Shown: positions 38,513-47,460 of the stretch, piece by piece
Numbering within the stretch: position 1 is the first letter of the stretch
Layout of the letters: each line of letters begins with the position of its first letter
Source: an uncultured Syntrophomonadaceae bacterium
GTDB taxonomy: Bacteria; Bacillota; Dethiobacteria; DTU022; PWGO01
Assembly (NCBI GenBank): GCA_964636865.1
Contig: CAZWVJ010000008.1
Span: 862-64,861 of the forward strand
Direction: 5' to 3'
DNA: 64,000 nt
Program-made: the position numbers and the translations under genes
Notes under the pieces: model-generated
Databases searched by the model: none
What the model was told of the DNA's origin: nothing
The model's input: the letters and a program-made list of their open reading frames with translations, nothing else

Positions 38513-38798
38513 AAGTTTACCCGGGCTCAAAGGGTAGAACCTACCCTGATTCTGTCATTTACCCAACCAGCTCTAAATTGGTTTTCGCTAAAGCTTCACC
38601 AATTTACCTCTAATTTGTATAGCAGGGGAATTCTTGGCTTTACGGTTAAAAAAGTAAGGGAATGCGGTCAAGAAAAAAGGGGGTATTTTTTCCATGTTTA
38701 TCTAGGGGAAACACCTCAAGACAAAAATTTTGATTTGCCATATAATTTAGAAAATTAAAGGTTGGCATTAAACCTTAACTAAAAAAGGAGGGTTAAAA

Positions 38799-39596
38799 AT
38801 GAAAAGGAAAGACTTAATTTTGGTGATAGACGATGATATGGAATTTGCCGGGTCACTGCAAGAAAATTTGCAGCTGTTGGAATGTGAAGCCATGATTGCT
38901 TCTGACAAAGAAAAGGCACGTCAAATTGCTCTTGCTCATAAGCCGAGCTTGATAATGTTGGGAACAATTTTGCCCCGGGGAGAAGCATATCGGCTTCACA
39001 GTTGGCTTAAACAAGCGCCGGGTTTGAAAGAAGTTCCGCATGTAGTATTAGACGCATCCCCCGAAAACCATTTGACCCGGGGGTGGCGCCGGGATGAGGG
39101 AATGCGTGTGGAAGCCGTAGAGTATTTTTGCAAGCCAATAAAACCTGAGTTTCTGGCCAATGAAATTTGGAAATTGATAGCTGTGGAAGCGACGGAAATA
39201 AAGGTGCTTATTGCCGACGATCATGCCATGGTCAGGGAAGGTATTCGCACATTATTAAACCTGCATCAGGATATTTATATCGTAGGCGAAGCTGTAAACG
39301 GCGCTGAAGCCGTAGATAAAGCGTTTCAGCTTTCTCCCGATGTGGTGCTGATGGATGTGGTGATGCCAGACAAGGATGGTATTGAGGCCACCAAACAGAT
39401 TGCAAATCAGTGTAAAGAGAATGTAAAAGTGCTCATGCTCAGCCAATATGATGATGAGCAAAATTTATTGGCAAGTACCCAGGCGGGCGCTCTTGGCTTT
39501 GTCTCCAAGAAAAGTGTAAGTTCCAAGCTTTTGGAAGCGGTTAGAACTGCCAGTCGGGGTGAAAAACCTGGCAATGGGCAAAGATGCGTGAGTTAA
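38799..39596 (+). CDS. tandem receiver protein: pseudo-receiver plus NarL-type receiver, no output domain
   Basis: REC1 has VIDDD, but the phospho-acceptor position reads PSLIMLGTILP (Gly in place of Asp). REC2 is canonical (IADDH, PDVVLMDVVMP, MLSQYDD, GFVSKKS). The protein stops right after RGEK, where NarL-type regulators continue into the linker and HTH. Confidence 0.75.
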   Translation: MKRKDLILVIDDDMEFAGSLQENLQLLECEAMIASDKEKARQIALAHKPSLIMLGTILPRGEAYRLHSWLKQAPGLKEVPHVVLDASPENHLTRGWRRDEGMRVEAVEYFCKPIKPEFLANEIWKLIAVEATEIKVLIADDHAMVREGIRTLLNLHQDIYIVGEAVNGAEAVDKAFQLSPDVVLMDVVMPDKDGIEATKQIANQCKENVKVLMLSQYDDEQNLLASTQAGALGFVSKKSVSSKLLEAVRTASRGEKPGNGQRCVS

Positions 39597-39640
39597 CCAT
39601 TCTGTTCATCTGCGGAATATAAATGGAAGGAGGTTGCTCA

Positions 39641-42322
39641 TTGCATTCAATAACAGTTACTATTAATCAACGAGTGGTAAGCGGCCATGCCGACATGACA
39701 ATTCTGGAATTAGCCCGGGAATCGGGCATATATATTCCCACACTTTGTGATGACCCAAATTTAAAGCCCGTGGGGGCATGCAGGCTTTGTTTGGTGGAAA
39801 ACGATAACACCGGTGCTTTAATGGCATCTTGTGTTACCACTGTAGCTTCGGATATGGTTATCAATACCGACTCTCCCAAGGTGCGACAATATCGCAAAAA
39901 TATCCTTAAGCTAATGCTGGCCAGCCACCCTGAAGCTTGTTTGATTTGCGATAAAGGTAACCATTGTAAATTGCGCCAAGTTGCTTCGGATTTAGGAGTG
40001 GGTTTAAATGAAATGGAAAAAATACCGCGTTTTGCAAGCGTAGAAGAATTAAACCCTTTTTTAACGAGAGACAATAGTAAATGTATATTATGCGGCAAAT
40101 GCATTAGGGCATGCCAGGAAATTGTAGTAGAAGGCGCTATTGATTATTACCAAAGAGGTTTCATTACCAAGCCTGCTACTTTCAATGATTATCCCCTTGA
40201 GCATTCAGAATGTACTTTTTGTGGAACCTGTGTGGCTATGTGCCCAACCGGCGCGTTAACGGAGAAAGATAAGCCGTATCAAGGAACCGGCAGGAAAACC
40301 GTGCGAACTACCTGTTCTTTTTGCGGGTGTGGGTGCCCTATATTGCTGGAAATAAAAGATAGCCATATAGTAAGAGCTTTACCGGCTGAGGGTAAGATCC
40401 CTCACAAGGGTGCCCTTTGTGTGCGGGGAAGTTACGGATTCGAATATATCTATAGCGAAGATAGATTAACCAAACCCCTGGTAAAGGGCAAAGATGGCTT
40501 TGAAGAAGTTTCCTGGGAAGAGGCTTTAACTGCTGCAGTTGCCGGCTTAAAGAAAGTTAAAGAAAATTACGGTCCATCTGATCTGGCAGTTTTGGGTTCT
40601 TCCAAGTGTACTAATGAAGAAAATTATCTTTTACAGAGATTTGCCCGGACTGTATTGGAAACAAATAATATTGATAACGGCAGCAGTCTTTATAATGCTG
40701 CAACCCGTGCAGGGTTGGCAGAAACTATTGGATTTTTAAGTGCTACAAACTTATTGGAAGCACTTGAACAAGCGGAAATAATTTTAGTGGTTGGCGCAGA
40801 TCCTACCGTAACTGCTCCTCAGGTGGCCTATGCATTAAAACGGGCTATCAGGCAGCACCATGCAAAATTAATCCTTATTGATTCTTCTCCTACAAAACTT
40901 GCCTCTTTTGCTCATCAGAGTATTTATCCCTACCCGGAAAGCGAGCTGGCATTGTTAAACAGCCTGTCGAAGATTATTATTGACGAAGGTTTATTAAATA
41001 GTGAATACCTGAGTCGCCAAACAGAAGGTTTTGCAGACTTTGAGGCAGCACTTGAAAACTTTTCTCCCGAAGATACAGCGGAAATTACGGGAGTTAATGC
41101 CATGGAAATCCGTAATGCCGCCCATCTTTATGCAGGGGCAGAAAAATCTGTAATAGTTTTTGGAGCAAGAGCTACCGGCACTGTAAATGGTGCGGAAAAT
41201 ATTATGGCAATTGCCAACCTGGCCCTTCTTACCAATAATGTGTGGGGCCGTGGTTGTGGGATCTATCCTCTTCAAAAAGAAAATAATGCCCAGGGTGCCG
41301 GTGAAATGGGTTCCTTGCCTAATTACTTACCCGGCTTTCGTCCACTTGGGGAAGTAACGGCTCGCCGAAATTATGAAGGCCTTTGGCAAAAAGACCTACC
41401 TTCCGTACCGGGATTAAGTGCATTGGAAATACTTTCTCAGGGCCATGAGGGGTCGTTAAAAGGCCTTTACATTGTGGGTGAAAATCCTGCTGCCGGGTTT
41501 CCCCAGTCTAAACTGGTTGAAGATACCCTGAAAGGATTAGAGTTCTTGGTAGTTCAAGATATGTTTTTAACGGAAACTGCCAAACATGCCGATGTAGTTT
41601 TACCCGCAGCGAGTTTTGCCGAAAAGGATGGCTCTTTTACTAATTTTGAAGGAAGAATAGGCTGGCTGCAACAAGCTTTTCCACCGAAAGGAGAAAGCCT
41701 GGCCGACTGGGATATTATTCTGCGTTTGGCTCGGCAATGGGGAGATCCTTTACCCTATTTTTCATTACAAGAAGTGATGAACGAAATTGAGGAATATGTG
41801 CCTTTTTATGAAGGGTATATTTACCCGGAAAAAAGATTGGGGGAGAAATGTTCTTACCTGGAAGAACGCCGCAATAGAATTTTTCAATCTTTAACGGGGT
41901 TTCCATGCTTTTCTATTCCCAATTATACTCCTCCATTACCTGAAAGAAATAGGAAATATCCGTTTTATTTAACAGTGGAGAAGGTGCTTCCTCATTTTGG
42001 CAGTGGAGTAAGAAGTGATAAAGCTCGGCGTTTGAAAAGTTTCTACCCCGAGCCTTATTTAAGTGTTTCCCCGGGAGATGCCCATGAATTGTCTTTGGTG
42101 TCCGGTGAACATGTTTATGTGAAATCTCCCTTTGCGCAAATAGAACTGGCTGTAAAAGTTTCTAATGGGATGCCCTCTGGAACATTATCTGTGCCTGTTT
42201 CTATTTCGGGAGTGATGGACCTTTTTGGTGCCGCTACCGTTTCGGAAAAGGATAATAACCGATGGGATTTTAGTTTGGCAGGTTGTTACGTTAATTTAGA
42301 AAGGGTGAGTCCAAATGAGTGA
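39641..42322 (+). CDS. formate dehydrogenase alpha / NuoG-like molybdopterin-fold Fe-S protein lacking the catalytic Sec/Cys-His pair
   Basis: N-terminal 2Fe-2S (CRLCLVE). HPEACLICDKGNHCKLR. Two 4Fe-4S motifs (CILCGKCIRAC, CTFCGTCVAMCP). MopB cluster motif TCSFCGCGC...LCVRG. Active-site stretch NNIDNGSSLYNAATRAGL. The TTG at 39641 lies 7 nt after GGAGG. The ATG at 39623 is the alternative start. Confidence 0.8.
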   Translation: MHSITVTINQRVVSGHADMTILELARESGIYIPTLCDDPNLKPVGACRLCLVENDNTGALMASCVTTVASDMVINTDSPKVRQYRKNILKLMLASHPEACLICDKGNHCKLRQVASDLGVGLNEMEKIPRFASVEELNPFLTRDNSKCILCGKCIRACQEIVVEGAIDYYQRGFITKPATFNDYPLEHSECTFCGTCVAMCPTGALTEKDKPYQGTGRKTVRTTCSFCGCGCPILLEIKDSHIVRALPAEGKIPHKGALCVRGSYGFEYIYSEDRLTKPLVKGKDGFEEVSWEEALTAAVAGLKKVKENYGPSDLAVLGSSKCTNEENYLLQRFARTVLETNNIDNGSSLYNAATRAGLAETIGFLSATNLLEALEQAEIILVVGADPTVTAPQVAYALKRAIRQHHAKLILIDSSPTKLASFAHQSIYPYPESELALLNSLSKIIIDEGLLNSEYLSRQTEGFADFEAALENFSPEDTAEITGVNAMEIRNAAHLYAGAEKSVIVFGARATGTVNGAENIMAIANLALLTNNVWGRGCGIYPLQKENNAQGAGEMGSLPNYLPGFRPLGEVTARRNYEGLWQKDLPSVPGLSALEILSQGHEGSLKGLYIVGENPAAGFPQSKLVEDTLKGLEFLVVQDMFLTETAKHADVVLPAASFAEKDGSFTNFEGRIGWLQQAFPPKGESLADWDIILRLARQWGDPLPYFSLQEVMNEIEEYVPFYEGYIYPEKRLGEKCSYLEERRNRIFQSLTGFPCFSIPNYTPPLPERNRKYPFYLTVEKVLPHFGSGVRSDKARRLKSFYPEPYLSVSPGDAHELSLVSGEHVYVKSPFAQIELAVKVSNGMPSGTLSVPVSISGVMDLFGAATVSEKDNNRWDFSLAGCYVNLERVSPNE

Positions 42323-42800
42323 AAAACTAAAAAAACCCGAAATAGATATGGAACAACTTACGCACATAGTAAACAGTTATAAGCATCAAAAATGGTCATT
42401 AATCCCTTTGGTGCAGGATATTCAAGATGAATTCGGATTTATTCCCCCTGAATCCATACCCGTTATTGCCGATGCTTTAAACCTTTTTCCCAGTGAAGTG
42501 CAGGGAGTAGTTTCTTTTTATGCACAGCTGTATACAGAGCCAAGGGGTAGAAACATAGTTCGCGTTTGCCGGGGAACGGCTTGTCATGTTCGTGGGGGCA
42601 AAACAGTGCTAAAACTGGTGAAAAAACAGCTGGGATTACAAGAAAACCAAACTTCTGAAGACCTGGAATATACTTTAGAAACAGTAGCATGCCTGGGTGT
42701 TTGTGCTCTTTCTCCCAGCATGGTTATAAATAACCAGGTATATGGAAATATGAACCCCAAAAAAATTAAGCTGTTGTTTAAGGGGGAGGAGGGTAGTTGA
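42315..42800 (+). CDS. NuoE/HydC-like 2Fe-2S thioredoxin-fold subunit
   Basis: VCRGTACHVRG...ETVACLGVCALSPSMVIN matches the NuoE [2Fe-2S] pattern. The start overlaps the upstream stop. Confidence 0.85.
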   Translation: MSEKLKKPEIDMEQLTHIVNSYKHQKWSLIPLVQDIQDEFGFIPPESIPVIADALNLFPSEVQGVVSFYAQLYTEPRGRNIVRVCRGTACHVRGGKTVLKLVKKQLGLQENQTSEDLEYTLETVACLGVCALSPSMVINNQVYGNMNPKKIKLLFKGEEGS

Positions 42801-42802
42801 TT

Positions 42803-45800
42803 ATGCAAAAACGCACTGTATTTGTTTGTCAGGGAACCGGGTGTTTTTCCAGTGGATCTCAGGCTTTATATGATCATTTGCTTGCGGAAGTAAAGCAGCT
42901 GCAAATTCAGGATACTGAAGTAGATTTTACCGGATGCCATGGATTTTGCGAGCAAGGTCCCATTGTCGTAGTAGAACCGGAAGGAATATTTTATACCCGC
43001 GTTCAACCTGAGGACGCTTCTGAAATAGCATTATCTCACCTGCAGAAAAACATACCGGTAGAGCGGCTCTACTATCGGGATCCTTTGAGTGGAGAGGCGA
43101 TACCTTATTATAAAGATGTTAATTTTTATCAAAAACAACAACGAGTAATTCTGGAAAACTGCGGGCACATAAACCCTGAAAATATTGAGCATTCAGTAAC
43201 AAAAGGAAAATACCGGGGATTGGAAAGGGCCCTGTTAAACTTATCTCCCCAACAGGTTATCGAAGACATAAAGGCATCAGGATTACGCGGACGCGGGGGA
43301 GCCGGTTTTCCCACAGCGCGCAAATGGGAATTTTGTTTTAACGCTCCCGGACCCAAAAAGTATGTGATCTGTAACGCCGATGAAGGCGATCCCGGAGCTT
43401 TTATGGATCGTTCCATCTTGGAAGCCGATCCTCATGCGGTAGTAGAAGGTTTAACTATCGCCGGCTATGCCGTTGGTGCTGATGAAGGATATATTTATGT
43501 GCGTGCCGAGTATCCTCTGGCAGTGAAAAGATTGCGTATGGCCATTAAAGAAGCCTTAGATAAAGGTTTTTTGGGTAAAAATATTATGGATTCCGGTTTT
43601 AATTTTACCCTGAATATTAAGGAAGGTGCCGGTTCTTTTGTGTGCGGTGAAGAAACAGCCCTTATAGCTTCTATCGAAAGCCGTCGGGGAATGCCCAAGC
43701 CTCGTCCTCCTTTTCCCGCTCAATCCGGGCTGGATGGAAAGCCAACGGTTATAAATAACGTTAAAAGCCTGGCAGCTGTTTCTGCCATTATGCGGCGTGG
43801 AGCAGATTGGTTTGCTTCTATGGGCACCGATAAAAGCCGGGGAACAGTAGTTTTTGCCTTAACGGGAAAAGTAGCCAATAGTGGACTGGTGGAAGTAGAA
43901 GCAGGTACACCACTATCTTCCATCATTTTCGATATAGGCGGGGGCATTCCTCGCGGCAAAAATTTTAAAGCTGTCCAAACCGGCGGTCCTTCGGGAGGAT
44001 GTATTCCGGCACCTTACATGGATACCCCCGTGGAATTTGAAAACCTGGCTCGCCTGGGATCCATTATGGGATCAGGTGGTATGGTGGTTTTGGATGAAAG
44101 TACTTGCATGGTAGAAATTGCCAGGTATTTTCTCAGCTTCACTCAATCGGAATCTTGCGGGAAGTGCACCCCCTGCCGCTTGGGTACAAGGCAAATGTTG
44201 GAGATATTAACCCGCATTACCCAGGGCTTGGGCCGAGACGGGGATATCGAAGCTCTCTACAATATTGCGAAAACAGTGAAGGAAGGTTCTTTATGTGGAT
44301 TGGGGCAAACTTGCCCTAACCCGGTTTTAACTACACTTGACTATTTTCGTAAGGAATATGAAATGCACATAAGAGAAAAAAAATGCCAGGCTGCAGTCTG
44401 CGATGCGCTTATGATTTCTCCCTGTCAACACACCTGCCCGGTGGGGGTAGATGTGCCTCGCTATGTGGAAGCTATTTCCCGGGGAGCATACCTGGAATCG
44501 GTAGATATAATCAGGGAACGTAATCCTTTTCCCGCTATTTGCGGGCGGATTTGCCATCATCCATGTGAAATGAGGTGCCGTCGTGGTGAACTGGATGACT
44601 CCCTGGCTATCAGGGCATTAAAACGTTTTTCCGGCGATTGGTATTTTGATAATATTCAAGAACTTCCTCCACCCGCACATTTTGAGCGCCTCTATCCGCA
44701 AAATATTGCCGTAGTTGGGGCAGGCCCCTGCGGTCTTTCTTGCGCATATTTTTTAGCTCAGATGGGCTACGGAGTTATCATTTTCGAAGCTTTACCTGTA
44801 GGCGGAGGAATGCTTTCTGTAGGTATTCCCGAGTTTCGGTTGCCTGAAAAAGTTCTCGAGGAAGAAATAAATTATATCCAAAAGTGTGGGGTGGAAATTA
44901 AGTATAACACCCCGATTAACGTAAATTTTACCATTGAAGATCTTAAGCAAAGCGGTTATGATGCTGTATTTATTGCCGCCGGAGCTCAAAAAAGCCAGCA
45001 AATAGGAATACCCGGTGAAATTGAAGATTTGGAAGGATTTTATTACGGATTACGTTTCCTTCGGGATGTAAAGATAGGCAAGAGGGTATCCATTGGCAAA
45101 AAAGTGATAGTTATCGGCGGAGGTAATGTTGCTCTGGATACTGCCCGAACGGCTGTTCGCATGGGAGCAGAGCAGGTTGAAATATTTTATCGCCGCACCG
45201 AGGAACAAATGCCGGTTTCGGAATTTGAATACAAAGAAGCTTTAGATGAAGGAGTGAACGTAAATTTTCTGGTGAGTCCTACGCGTATTGTAAGCAGTAA
45301 TTGGAAAGTAACGGGAATAGAGTGTATTAAAATGCAACTGGGTGAACCCGGCAGTGATGGAAGGCGCCGCCCGGTACCGGTATCGGGAACTGAATTTTTT
45401 GCCCCAGCAGATACTGTATTTGCTTCCGTGGGCCAGGCTCCCGATCTTTCATTTTTACCGAGTGATAGCGCCCTGGAACGTTCGAGGATGGAAACCCTGG
45501 TAGTAGATGAAAATAGTCTCTCTACAAATGTGCCGGGTGTATTTGCCGGAGGCGACTTTGTTACCGGCCCTGATATGGTAGTTGAGGCCATTGCGGCCGG
45601 AAGAAGAGGGGCGTTGGCTATAGATAAGTATTTTAAAAAAGATCCTTCGCGGGTTTTAATGTATGATATTCCAAAAAGTGTGACTGCGGGAAAAGAGGAA
45701 GATGAGGAAGAAGGCTCTGAAGACCTTGAAGAGGAATTGGAGGAAGAAACATGGCAACCACAATTTCGACCTGAAATACCACAGCTTTCCGTCCCCATTA

Positions 45801-45895
45801 GAAAAAAAAGCTTTCAAGAAACAGAATTGTGCTTTTCAGAAGAAGAAGCAGTTCAGGAATCGAAACGGTGCCTCAGATGTGATCTGGAAAGATGA
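42803..45895 (+). CDS. NuoF/HydB-like FMN/NADH subunit fused to a GltD/NfnB-like FAD/NAD(P)H oxidoreductase
   Basis: N-terminal 2Fe-2S module (VCQGTGC...GCHGFCEQGP). NuoF core (GLRGRGGAGFPTARKW, CNADEGDPGAF, ESCGKCTPCRLG). GltD-type NPFPAICGRICHHPCEMRCRR. Dinucleotide folds VVGAGPCGLSCAYFL and VIVIGGGNVALD. Acidic tail EEDEEEGSEDLEEELEEE. Confidence 0.85.
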   Translation: MQKRTVFVCQGTGCFSSGSQALYDHLLAEVKQLQIQDTEVDFTGCHGFCEQGPIVVVEPEGIFYTRVQPEDASEIALSHLQKNIPVERLYYRDPLSGEAIPYYKDVNFYQKQQRVILENCGHINPENIEHSVTKGKYRGLERALLNLSPQQVIEDIKASGLRGRGGAGFPTARKWEFCFNAPGPKKYVICNADEGDPGAFMDRSILEADPHAVVEGLTIAGYAVGADEGYIYVRAEYPLAVKRLRMAIKEALDKGFLGKNIMDSGFNFTLNIKEGAGSFVCGEETALIASIESRRGMPKPRPPFPAQSGLDGKPTVINNVKSLAAVSAIMRRGADWFASMGTDKSRGTVVFALTGKVANSGLVEVEAGTPLSSIIFDIGGGIPRGKNFKAVQTGGPSGGCIPAPYMDTPVEFENLARLGSIMGSGGMVVLDESTCMVEIARYFLSFTQSESCGKCTPCRLGTRQMLEILTRITQGLGRDGDIEALYNIAKTVKEGSLCGLGQTCPNPVLTTLDYFRKEYEMHIREKKCQAAVCDALMISPCQHTCPVGVDVPRYVEAISRGAYLESVDIIRERNPFPAICGRICHHPCEMRCRRGELDDSLAIRALKRFSGDWYFDNIQELPPPAHFERLYPQNIAVVGAGPCGLSCAYFLAQMGYGVIIFEALPVGGGMLSVGIPEFRLPEKVLEEEINYIQKCGVEIKYNTPINVNFTIEDLKQSGYDAVFIAAGAQKSQQIGIPGEIEDLEGFYYGLRFLRDVKIGKRVSIGKKVIVIGGGNVALDTARTAVRMGAEQVEIFYRRTEEQMPVSEFEYKEALDEGVNVNFLVSPTRIVSSNWKVTGIECIKMQLGEPGSDGRRRPVPVSGTEFFAPADTVFASVGQAPDLSFLPSDSALERSRMETLVVDENSLSTNVPGVFAGGDFVTGPDMVVEAIAAGRRGALAIDKYFKKDPSRVLMYDIPKSVTAGKEEDEEEGSEDLEEELEEETWQPQFRPEIPQLSVPIRKKSFQETELCFSEEEAVQESKRCLRCDLER

Positions 45896-45910
45896 AAAGG
45901 AGGGATAAAT

Positions 45911-46579
45911 TTGAAATCTATTACCAGGCTAAAACCTTATGCAGAAATTATGCAGCAGCTGGAAGATTGTAACCGAGTTTTTATAGTGGGATGTGGCACT
46001 TGTGCTACGGTGGTTCAAACGGGGGGGATAGAGCAGGTAGAAGCTATGAAAGAGCAACTGCAGGAATCTGGAATGCTGGTAACCGGTTGGACCGTTATAC
46101 CCACTGCCTGTGACGAGATGACTTCTGCTTCAACCGCTGAATATGAATCTGCCATCCAAAGCGCAAATGGGATATTGGTCATGGCTTGTGCCCTGGGGGT
46201 GCAGAGGTTAAATCTTTATACAGGCAAACGAGTCTTACCTGCTCTTGATACTTTGTTTATGGGTTTAGAAGAAAGTCCCGGCTATTTTGTGGAAGCTTGC
46301 GACCAATGTGGAGAGTGCATTCTTGGCTATACGGCAGGGATTTGCCCGGTAACTGCCTGTCATAAGGGTTTACTTAACGGTCCGTGTGGTGGTACCAACA
46401 AGGGTAAATGTGAAGTGGATCAAGAAAAAGATTGCGCTTTTACTCTCATTTATCAGAAGTTGAAAGACCTGGGCCGGCCGGATTTAATGAAACATTATCA
46501 CCCACCTAAAAATGCGCAGGTATGGCCTAGGCCAAAAGTAAAGATTCTGGAAGCAAAGGAGACAGAACAATGGATTTAA
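45911..46579 (+). CDS. metV: MetV, methylene-THF reductase-associated Zn-ribbon/Fe-S subunit
   Basis: GCGTCATV near the N-terminus and CPVTACHKGLLNGPCGGT, typical of MetV. TTG start after AAGGAGGG. It lies 15 nt after the previous gene and overlaps metF. Confidence 0.8.
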   Translation: MKSITRLKPYAEIMQQLEDCNRVFIVGCGTCATVVQTGGIEQVEAMKEQLQESGMLVTGWTVIPTACDEMTSASTAEYESAIQSANGILVMACALGVQRLNLYTGKRVLPALDTLFMGLEESPGYFVEACDQCGECILGYTAGICPVTACHKGLLNGPCGGTNKGKCEVDQEKDCAFTLIYQKLKDLGRPDLMKHYHPPKNAQVWPRPKVKILEAKETEQWI

Positions 46580-47460
46580 AATTTAAAAGTTTACTTGATT
46601 CCGGAAAGTTTGTAGTGACTGCAGAGGTGGCACCGCCTAAAGGAATTGAGCTTGAACAGATGAATCATCATATTGAGCTTCTTAAGGAGAAAGTAGATGC
46701 TTTAAATGTAACCGATCACCAAAGTTCAGTTATGCGTTTTCCCTCCATGGGAGGCTGCCTTGCCATTAAGGAAGGAGGCGGTGAACCCATTCTGCAGATG
46801 ACCTGCCGTGATCGCAACCAGATTGCCCTGCAGTCTGATCTCCTGTTAGCATACTCCCGGGGCATAAGAAATGTGCTTTGCCTCACCGGGGATGCTATGC
46901 CGGTGGGAGATCACCCTCAAGGCCGCGGTGTTTTTGAAATGGACTCTGTTCAATTATTGCATTGTATAAACAGGTTGGAAGAAGGTTATGACATGGGGGG
47001 CAATGAATTAAAGGGAGGAGTCTCTTTCTGTAAGGGAGCAATAGTTACTCCGGAAGCAGATCCTATAGAGCCTCAATTAAGCAAATTTGAAAAGAAAGTT
47101 GAAGCGGGTGTGGAATTTATTCAGACCCAGGCCATCTATGATCTGGATAATTTTGCCGCCTTTATGGAGCATGCCCGACAATTTTCTGTAAAGGTAATAG
47201 CCGGAATTGTTTTACTTACTTCTGCGAAAATGGCCAGATATATGAACAACAACGTTCCCGGCATTTTCGTGCCGCAACACCTTATTGATGAACTGGCTGA
47301 TGCTCCCAAAGGAACTGCTCTGCAGAAAGGAATTGAAATTGCGGGCCGCATGATTGCCACTTTACATAATGATGCCCTCTGTGATGGAGTCCATATCATG
47401 GCCATTAACAAAGAAGAAGTTGTCCCGGAGATTTTGGAGGCTGCGGGTATTCAATCATAA
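46570..47460 (+). CDS. metF: methylenetetrahydrofolate reductase (acetogen/anaerobe-type MetF)
   Basis: FVVTAEVAPPKG N-terminus, LNVTDHQ, CLTGD and FIQTQAIYD motifs. 296 aa. Confidence 0.85.
   Translation: MDLKFKSLLDSGKFVVTAEVAPPKGIELEQMNHHIELLKEKVDALNVTDHQSSVMRFPSMGGCLAIKEGGGEPILQMTCRDRNQIALQSDLLLAYSRGIRNVLCLTGDAMPVGDHPQGRGVFEMDSVQLLHCINRLEEGYDMGGNELKGGVSFCKGAIVTPEADPIEPQLSKFEKKVEAGVEFIQTQAIYDLDNFAAFMEHARQFSVKVIAGIVLLTSAKMARYMNNNVPGIFVPQHLIDELADAPKGTALQKGIEIAGRMIATLHNDALCDGVHIMAINKEEVVPEILEAAGIQS

Noticed and set aside
38760-38780. TTGGCAT...CCTTAA upstream of the double-receiver gene as a sigma-54 promoter
   Set aside because: The -12 element (TTGC) is missing at the required spacing, and no enhancer-binding protein gene is nearby. 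An AAGACA, 17-nt spacer, TATAAT sigma-A-like arrangement (38718-38746) explains the region better.
39623-42322. Calling this gene a functional formate dehydrogenase (fdhA), possibly with an in-frame Sec codon
   Set aside because: There is no in-frame TGA. The aligned Sec/Cys position is a TAT Tyr codon and the neighbouring His is Asn. I therefore report it as FdhA/NuoG-like only.
45187-45798. 203-aa Ser-rich ORF antisense to the NuoF::GltD gene. Similar antisense ORFs occur at 34910-35269, 39667-40104, 21578-22138, 48622-48984 and 49936-50451
   Set aside because: All lie wholly within strongly supported sense genes. They lack RBSs and have biased, low-complexity composition typical of antisense frames.
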